This document shows positions 36,506 through 42,419 of a stretch of DNA of 42,419 bases, one piece after another (position 1 is the stretch's first letter; the number at the start of each line of letters is the position of its first letter). The notes below the pieces were generated by a model. It was not told where the DNA came from and did no database searches. It saw nothing but the letters and a program-made list of their open reading frames with translations. The DNA is taken from the NCBI GenBank assembly GCA_043744975.1, contig JAYTTO010000070.1, positions 1 through 42,419 of the forward strand. The letters run 5' to 3'. Source of the stretch: Betaproteobacteria bacterium. GTDB taxonomy: Bacteria; Pseudomonadota; Gammaproteobacteria; Burkholderiales; Ga0077523. The position numbers were made by a program, and so were the translations under genes.

Positions 36506-38706
36506 GCCAGCGCTTGCGCCAGATGCGGTTGGCGATGGCATCGCGCGGCGGCAAGGTGCTGGGCGTGGTTGTGATCACCCTGGGTGTGGCCTTGCTGGTG
36601 CTGTTGTCGACCGCAAGCAGCAATACCCCGATGTTCGCATCCTCGCTGCCACAACTGTTGCTGGGCGGTGTCTGCGCCGTGCTGGTCCTGCTGGTGTTCA
36701 CCGGCTACCAACTGTTGATGCTGAGACGGCGCGTCAAACAGCGTGTGTTCGGGTCGAAGCTGACCATGCGCCTGGTGCTGCTGTTCTCGCTCGTGGCGGT
36801 GCTGCCGGGAGCGCTGGTCTATGCGGTATCCGTACAGTTTCTCGCGCGGTCGATCGATGGCTGGTTCGATGTGCGGGTCGAGACCGCCCTCGAAGGTGGC
36901 CTCTCACTAGGCCGCAACGTGCTCGACAGCATGCTGCGGGACCTGCGCGGCAAGGCGAACACGATGGCGCTGTCGTTGTCCGATCGTGGTCCGCGCGACC
37001 GGATCAACGTGCTAAACACGTTGCGGGAGCAGGCTGCCGTACAGGAAGCGGCGGTCATCAATCCGGCGGGACATGTGATTGCGTTCTCGGGTGACGAGCG
37101 TACCGGCCTGGTTCCGGAGATGCCGTCCCCCGCCATCATGCGCGACATCCGCCTGCAGAAAGGCTACAGCGGCATCGATGCGAGACCCGACGGCGGTTTG
37201 CTGTTGCGTGTGGTGGTCCCGCTCAATACCCCCGAGGGCGAGGTGTTGGCGCTGGAACTGGTGCAAGGGGTGACAGATCAGGTCGCTCGCAACGCCGAGG
37301 CGGTGCGGTCGGCCCATGCCGAGTATCAGGAGTTGTCGCTTTCCCGGGTCGGGCTCAAGCGCCTGTTCGGCCTCACGCTGACGTTGACCCTGTTACTGGC
37401 ACTGCTCTGCGCACTGCTGCTCGCTATCTTCTTCAGCCAGCGTCTGTCCGCGCCTCTGGGGGTTCTTGCCGAGGGAACCCGTGCCGTTGCCCAGGGTGAT
37501 TTCAGCCAGCGCACGGCGGTGCGCAGCTACGACGAACTCGGGCTGCTGACGCAGTCGTTCAACGCAATGATGCGTGACCTCGCGGTGGCGCAGGGCCAGA
37601 CCGAACGCTACCAGGGGCAACTTGAGAACGCGAAGGCGGCGCTCGAGAGCATTCTCGGCAACCTCTCGGCCGGCGTCATCTCGCTCGACGCCGAGCGCCG
37701 GCTGCGTTCGGCGAACCCGAGTGCGAGCCGGATCCTGGGCGTGGATCTCGAGCAACTGGTGGGCCAACCGATCGAGCACTGGTATGTGGCGGACGAGCGG
37801 TTGGCCGCCGTGGCGCAGCCGCTCAGTGCCGCGCTGCTCGCTCCCCTGGCGCATGACTGGCAGGGGCAGCTTGCCTATCCGGCGGTCCAGGGCGAGTTGA
37901 CGCTGCTCGCCCGTGCCTCGCAGATCGCCCAGACCGGACCCGGCGGTTACGTCGTGGTCTTCGATGACATCACCCGCCTGTTGCGCGCTCAGCGGCAGGC
38001 CGCCTGGGGCGAAGTAGCGCGTCGCCTTGCCCACGAGATCAAGAATCCACTCACGCCGATCCAGTTGTCGGCGGAACGCCTGCAGCATCGCCTCCACGGC
38101 AAGCTCGAAACTGCTGACGCGGAGATGCTGTCCAGGCTCACCCAGACCATCGTGAACCAGGTTGCGGCACTGAACAGCATGGTCGACGCGTTCAGCCAGT
38201 ACGCCCGATCGCCGGAAACCGAATTGAGCCCCGTTGACCTCGGGATGCTCACACGGGAGATATTCGGGCTGTACGAGTCGCTGGGTTCGGCCATGACGCT
38301 TTCGGTCGAACCCCGGTTGCCCGCTGTTCTGGGCGATGCCGCCAAGCTCCGCCAAGTCCTTCACAACCTGCTGCGAAATGCAGAGGACGCGGTAGGGGGC
38401 AGCTCGATGCCGCGCATCGCGGTGCGCATCGAGCGCTGCGACGACGGCATCGCGCTTGTCGTGACCGACAACGGCAACGGCTTCCCGCCCGGACTGATGG
38501 CGTCGGTGTTCGAACCTTATGTCACCACGAAGCCCAAAGGCACCGGCCTCGGTCTGGCGATCGTCCACAAGATAGTCGAGGAACATCACGGCGCGACCAG
38601 CCTCGCGAACATCGAGCCGCACGGCGCCAGGGTCACGGTCGTGCTGCCAGTGGCCGCCCGATCGGATCGGGACGCGGTTCCCGTCGGGATGGTGATCCAT
38701 GGCTGA
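36502..38706 (+). CDS. ntrY: Sensor histidine kinase NtrY
   Basis: ORF 35971..38706 trimmed to ATG 36502. Has TM helices, a HAMP region (LSAPLGVLAEGTRAVAQGDFSQR), a PAS region, the H-box EVARRLAHEIKNPLTPIQLSAERL, and the ATPase motifs DNGNGFP and GTGLGLAIV. Confidence 0.92.
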   Translation: MSQRLRQMRLAMASRGGKVLGVVVITLGVALLVLLSTASSNTPMFASSLPQLLLGGVCAVLVLLVFTGYQLLMLRRRVKQRVFGSKLTMRLVLLFSLVAVLPGALVYAVSVQFLARSIDGWFDVRVETALEGGLSLGRNVLDSMLRDLRGKANTMALSLSDRGPRDRINVLNTLREQAAVQEAAVINPAGHVIAFSGDERTGLVPEMPSPAIMRDIRLQKGYSGIDARPDGGLLLRVVVPLNTPEGEVLALELVQGVTDQVARNAEAVRSAHAEYQELSLSRVGLKRLFGLTLTLTLLLALLCALLLAIFFSQRLSAPLGVLAEGTRAVAQGDFSQRTAVRSYDELGLLTQSFNAMMRDLAVAQGQTERYQGQLENAKAALESILGNLSAGVISLDAERRLRSANPSASRILGVDLEQLVGQPIEHWYVADERLAAVAQPLSAALLAPLAHDWQGQLAYPAVQGELTLLARASQIAQTGPGGYVVVFDDITRLLRAQRQAAWGEVARRLAHEIKNPLTPIQLSAERLQHRLHGKLETADAEMLSRLTQTIVNQVAALNSMVDAFSQYARSPETELSPVDLGMLTREIFGLYESLGSAMTLSVEPRLPAVLGDAAKLRQVLHNLLRNAEDAVGGSSMPRIAVRIERCDDGIALVVTDNGNGFPPGLMASVFEPYVTTKPKGTGLGLAIVHKIVEEHHGATSLANIEPHGARVTVVLPVAARSDRDAVPVGMVIHG

Positions 38707-38751
38707 GCGCCGAATGCTGTCGCGGTCGCCCTGCATGATCCAGGCGCTTCG

Positions 38752-40017
38752 ATGAGCCAGATCCTGGTGGTCGACGACGAGATCGGCATCCGCGAGCTGC
38801 TGTCGGAGATCCTGTCGGACGAAGGGCACCAGGTTCGGCTGGCCCAGAATGCCGCGGAGGCGCGACACTTGCGCAGCCGCAACCGTCCCGACCTGGTGTT
38901 GCTGGACATCTGGATGCCCGATACCGATGGCATCACCCTGCTGCGGGAGTGGGCCTCGAACGGACAGCTGACGATGCCGGTGGTGATGATGTCGGGCCAC
39001 GGCACGATAGAGACAGCGGTCGAGGCAACGCGGATCGGTGCCTATGCCTTTCTCGAGAAGCCCGTTGCCCTGCACAAGCTGCTGGCTACGGTCGGGAAGG
39101 CCTTGGCCCAGCATCCCGGTCCGCACGGTGCGGAGCCCGCGCGTTCGCTGGCGTTGCTCGGCAGGGCGCCGATTGTCGCGGACCTGCGCGAACGCCTCGA
39201 ACGCGTGCGCGAGCTGCGCAATGCCGTCATGTTCCATGGCGGTCCCGGTTGCGGGAAGAGCCTCTGCGCGCGCTACCTCCATCGCCCGAACACAGCCTGG
39301 ATCGCGCCGGCGAGTGCGGACTTCCTGCGCGATCCGGAGCGCAAGGAACTTGCCGCTGCCGCCGACGGCATGTTGTTTCTGAGACGCGTCGATCGCCTGG
39401 TTCTGGAGGACCAGCTCGCCCTGGCACGCAGCCTCCCCGCGCTCGAACTCGCCAATACCCGTCTTGTATGTACGGCCCCGTCCGATCTGCCGGATCAGGT
39501 CGCCGCGGGGGCCTTCGATTCCCGGCTCTATGCGGCCCTGGCGGCGATCAGCCTGCGGGTACCTGTTCTCGCCGAGCATCCCGAAGACCTCCCCGAGATT
39601 GCCAAGCTCATCCTGGACCGCCTCATCGAGTCCCGCGCGGTTCCTGCGATGAGTTTCGGGACTGCTGCCCTGAACCAATTGCGGCTGCACCCCTGGCCCG
39701 GGAATCTCACTCAGCTCGAATCGGTCGTGCGGTCGGCCGCGCTGGTCGCCGACGGTTCCGAAATCCTGCCCGCCGATGTTTCGGTCGCGCTCAACCGCGT
39801 CGACATCGCCGTACCGGCGACGCTCGGCGGGTTGGCGCTGGACACCGAGCTGCGGACTGCCCGCGACGCTTTCGAACGGGCCTACTTCGCGCATCACATT
39901 GCCCGCGAGGGCGGCAACATGAGCCGGGTAGCCGAGCGGGTCGGACTGGAGCGCACGCACCTCTATCGGAAGCTCAAGCAACTTGGCATCGCCCTGCCGC
40001 GCAAGCCCGAGGGCTGA
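38752..40017 (+). CDS. ntrX: Response regulator NtrX (receiver, degenerate AAA+ core, Fis-type HTH)
   Basis: 421 aa. Receiver domain ILVVDDE...DLVLLDIWMPDTDG. P-loop GGPGCGKS. The Walker B position reads LFLRRV. C-terminal HTH: GGNMSRVAERVGLERTHLYRKLKQLGI. Confidence 0.88.
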   Translation: MSQILVVDDEIGIRELLSEILSDEGHQVRLAQNAAEARHLRSRNRPDLVLLDIWMPDTDGITLLREWASNGQLTMPVVMMSGHGTIETAVEATRIGAYAFLEKPVALHKLLATVGKALAQHPGPHGAEPARSLALLGRAPIVADLRERLERVRELRNAVMFHGGPGCGKSLCARYLHRPNTAWIAPASADFLRDPERKELAAAADGMLFLRRVDRLVLEDQLALARSLPALELANTRLVCTAPSDLPDQVAAGAFDSRLYAALAAISLRVPVLAEHPEDLPEIAKLILDRLIESRAVPAMSFGTAALNQLRLHPWPGNLTQLESVVRSAALVADGSEILPADVSVALNRVDIAVPATLGGLALDTELRTARDAFERAYFAHHIAREGGNMSRVAERVGLERTHLYRKLKQLGIALPRKPEG

Positions 40018-40213
40018 ACGGCTTCGGCTAGAATTCCGGCGGCCAACCCCTTCGCAGCACGACCCCCCTTTCCAGGATCGGAACCATGGCTGCCAGACGT
40101 ATTCCCGGCCCGGCTACCTGCCTGTTGCCTTCAATGGCCGCGGCAGGGTCGCACGCGGGCGGCGAAAGCGTGAATGGAGCATTGCATCGGGACCTCGGCG
40201 TGGCTGGAGCTCC

Positions 40214-41173
40214 ATGAGCGCTGCCAATCGGCGTCTGGTCGCCGATATCGGCGGCACGAATGCACGCTTTGCGACGGTGTCGGAGAACGGCTACGTCCCT
40301 GGCAATGAGCTCACGCTGCGGTGTGCCGAGTTCGAGGATCTCGCCGCGGCGACCCGGCGTTATCTGGAGTTGAGCCGCGTCGAGCCCGTCACCGAGGCCG
40401 TCGTTGCGGTAGCCACGCCGCTCGCCGGCGATCGGGTGAGCCTCACCAACAATCACTGGTCGTTCTCGATCGAGCAGACCCGACGCTCGCTCGGGCTCAA
40501 CCGCTTGCTGCTGATCAACGATTTCACCGCGCTGGCGCTGGCGCTGCCGCACCTCGGCCCTGGGGAAAGCCGCCAGATCGGGGGCGGGACGGCTGTTGCC
40601 GATGCGCCGATCGCCCTGCTCGGCCCGGGCACCGGTCTGGGCGTATCCGGCTTGCTCCCTGCGGCCGGCGCCTGGGTTCCGATACAGGGGGAAGGCGGGC
40701 ACGTGGCGCTCGCGCCGATGACGGCGCGGGAGGCCCAAGTGCTGCAGGCGCTCTGGCAGACCTACGATCACGTATCGGCCGAGCGGCTGCTGAGCGGGCC
40801 TGGCCTCGTGCTGCTGCACCGGACGCTCGCGTCGGTCGACAGCTGCGCCGACGCACCAGCCGACAATCCGGAGCAGATCGTGAGCGATGCGCTCGGCGGC
40901 GACGCGCGTTGCACGGCGACCCTGGAGCTCTTCTGCGCGATGCTCGGCACCGTTGCCGCAAACTTGTGCGTGACGCTCGGCGCCCGCGGCGGGGTGTTCA
41001 TCGGTGGCGGCATCGTGCCGGCGCTCGGCGAACGGTTCGATCGTTCCAGCTTTCGCCAACGGTTCGAACACAAGGGCCGGTTCAGCGGCTACCTCCGTGC
41101 CGTCCCGACGAGTGTGATCACCGCGCGCAATCCGGCTCTGCGGGGCGCGGCGAGAGCCTTCGACGGGCCTTGA
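40214..41173 (+). CDS. glk: Glucokinase
   Basis: ORF 39983..41173 trimmed to ATG 40214, which has GGAG upstream. Contains LVADIGGTNARFA and GEGGH. Length is 319 aa. Confidence 0.9.
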   Translation: MSAANRRLVADIGGTNARFATVSENGYVPGNELTLRCAEFEDLAAATRRYLELSRVEPVTEAVVAVATPLAGDRVSLTNNHWSFSIEQTRRSLGLNRLLLINDFTALALALPHLGPGESRQIGGGTAVADAPIALLGPGTGLGVSGLLPAAGAWVPIQGEGGHVALAPMTAREAQVLQALWQTYDHVSAERLLSGPGLVLLHRTLASVDSCADAPADNPEQIVSDALGGDARCTATLELFCAMLGTVAANLCVTLGARGGVFIGGGIVPALGERFDRSSFRQRFEHKGRFSGYLRAVPTSVITARNPALRGAARAFDGP

Positions 41174-41229
41174 CCGGGCCCTTGGGCCGCGCGAGGTAAG
41201 ATGCCAACTTCTGCTGACAGGAGTTTCGA

Positions 41230-42240
41230 ATGCCCATCCGCGTAGCCATCAACGGCTTCGGCCGCATTGGCCGGAACATTCTCCGCGCGCTCTATGAATC
41301 GGGGCGCAACGGCGAGCTCCAGATCGTCGCCATCAACGATCTGGGCAGCCCGGAAACCAACGCTCACCTGACGCGCTACGACACCGCGCACGGCCGCTTC
41401 AAAGGCACCGTAGCGGTCGATGGCGACTCGATGGTGGTCAACGGCGACCGCATCAAGGTCTTCGCCGAGCGCGATCCGTCCAAGCTCCCTTGGGGCTCAC
41501 TCGATGTCGATGTGGTGATGGAATCGACCGGGATCTTCACGTCGAAGGAGACGGCGGCGCTGCACCTGGCCGGCGGGGCGCGCAAGGTCATCATCTCGGC
41601 ACCCGGGAAGAACGTGGACGCGACCATCGTCTACGGCGTCAACCACCAGACGCTCAAGTCGAGTTTCACCGTGATCTCGAACGCGTCCTGCACCACCAAC
41701 TGCCTGGCGCCGATGGTCAAACCGCTGCACGAAAAAATCGGTCTGGTCGCCGGACTCATGACCACGATCCATGCCTATACCAACGACCAGGTGCTCACCG
41801 ACGTGTACCACGAGGATCTGCGGCGGGCCCGCTCGGCCACCATGTCGATGATCCCCACCAAGACCGGTGCGGCCGCGGCCGTTGGGCTGGTGCTGCCCGA
41901 ACTCGACGGCAAGCTCGACGGCTTCGCGATCCGGGTGCCGACGATCAACGTGTCGCTGGTCGATCTCTCGTTCATCGCCAAGCGCCCCACCACGGTTGCG
42001 GAAGTCAACAGCATCATCGAGGCCGCGTCGCTCGGGGAACTCAAAGGTGTCCTCGGTTACACCACGGAGCCGCTGGTGTCGGTCGACTACAACCACGATC
42101 CGCGCTCGTCGATCTTTGACGGCAGCTTGACCAAGGTCGCGGAAGGCACGCTGGTCAAGGTGTCTTCGTGGTACGACAACGAGTGGGGCTTCAGCAACCG
42201 CATGCTCGACACGGCGGTTGCCTTCATGAATGCAAAGTAG
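41230..42240 (+). CDS. gap: Glyceraldehyde-3-phosphate dehydrogenase (type I)
   Basis: 336 aa. Contains [22 protein letters not shown] and [14 protein letters not shown] precedes the ATG. Confidence 0.97.
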   Translation: MPIRVAINGFGRIGRNILRALYESGRNGELQIVAINDLGSPETNAHLTRYDTAHGRFKGTVAVDGDSMVVNGDRIKVFAERDPSKLPWGSLDVDVVMESTGIFTSKETAALHLAGGARKVIISAPGKNVDATIVYGVNHQTLKSSFTVISNASCTTNCLAPMVKPLHEKIGLVAGLMTTIHAYTNDQVLTDVYHEDLRRARSATMSMIPTKTGAAAAVGLVLPELDGKLDGFAIRVPTINVSLVDLSFIAKRPTTVAEVNSIIEAASLGELKGVLGYTTEPLVSVDYNHDPRSSIFDGSLTKVAEGTLVKVSSWYDNEWGFSNRMLDTAVAFMNAK

Positions 42241-42336
42241 CCCCTTGACGACGAGCGCCCGCCGACGCCTTGAGCGGCACACCGGATTTCCCATGCCGCC
42301 GTCGTCCGTCTTGGCGATCGCTGAATCGATCCCGCG

Positions 42337-42419
42337 ATGACCATACTTGAGCTCGCCGATGTCCCGATCGCCGGCAAGCGCGTCCTGATCCGGGTCGACC
42401 TCAACGTGCCGCGGCATGA
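42337..42419 (+). CDS. pgk: Phosphoglycerate kinase, first 27 codons (runs off the right edge)
   Basis: My translation from ATG 42337 is MTILELADVPIAGKRVLIRVDLNVPRH. GKRVLIRVDLNVP is the conserved Pgk N-terminal motif, and the position after gap is typical. Confidence 0.8.
   Translation, partial: MTILELADVPIAGKRVLIRVDLNVPRH

Noticed and set aside
37393-39981. 862-aa ORF on the minus strand spanning ntrY and ntrX
   Set aside because: It lies antisense to two well-supported genes. The translation is Arg/Gly/Pro/Gln-rich with no recognisable motifs, as expected for stop-poor antisense frames in GC-rich DNA.

Overview
GC-rich, origin-proximal chromosomal segment. Synteny (rsmB-DUF4390-ntrY-ntrX, and dprA next to a TsaP-like LysM gene and def-fmt) suggests a betaproteobacterium, but that is inference only. 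About 35 kb is densely packed core genome. On the minus strand: atpIBEFHAGDC, parAB, rsmG, mnmG, mnmE, yidC, yidD, rnpA, rpmH. On the plus strand: dnaA, dnaN, gyrB. Then topB, dprA and a TsaP-like gene (minus), followed by def, fmt, rsmB, DUF4390, ntrY, ntrX, glk, gap and the start of pgk (plus). Features not in the ORF track that I read from the sequence: rpmH (44 aa); the 5' part of a TpsA exoprotein running off the left edge; two tandem near-consensus parS sites between mnmG and mnmE; and DnaA boxes flanking dnaA. The only non-core part is the left ~7.3 kb downstream of atpC. It holds (a) a tight three-gene operon of M20 amidohydrolase, single-chain MdcD/MdcE-like carboxyltransferase and MatB-like malonyl-CoA synthetase, (b) a frameshifted ypfJ-type metallopeptidase, and (c) a tpsB-tpsA two-partner secretion locus. 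The operon in (a) is my best candidate for an undescribed pathway variant: a MatB route joined to an Mdc-type decarboxylase module with no ACP machinery, possibly fed by a deacylase. This rests only on motif recognition by eye and gene context. Smaller oddities are an rnpA whose conserved N-terminus has only a CTG start overlapping the rpmH stop, an NtrX with a degenerate AAA+ core, and a DUF4390 gene translationally coupled to ntrY. I saw no CRISPR array, transposase or IS, integrase, tRNA or rRNA. Most long ORFs in the track are antisense or off-frame shadows typical of GC-rich DNA. All family assignments are from memory of conserved motifs; no searches were run.
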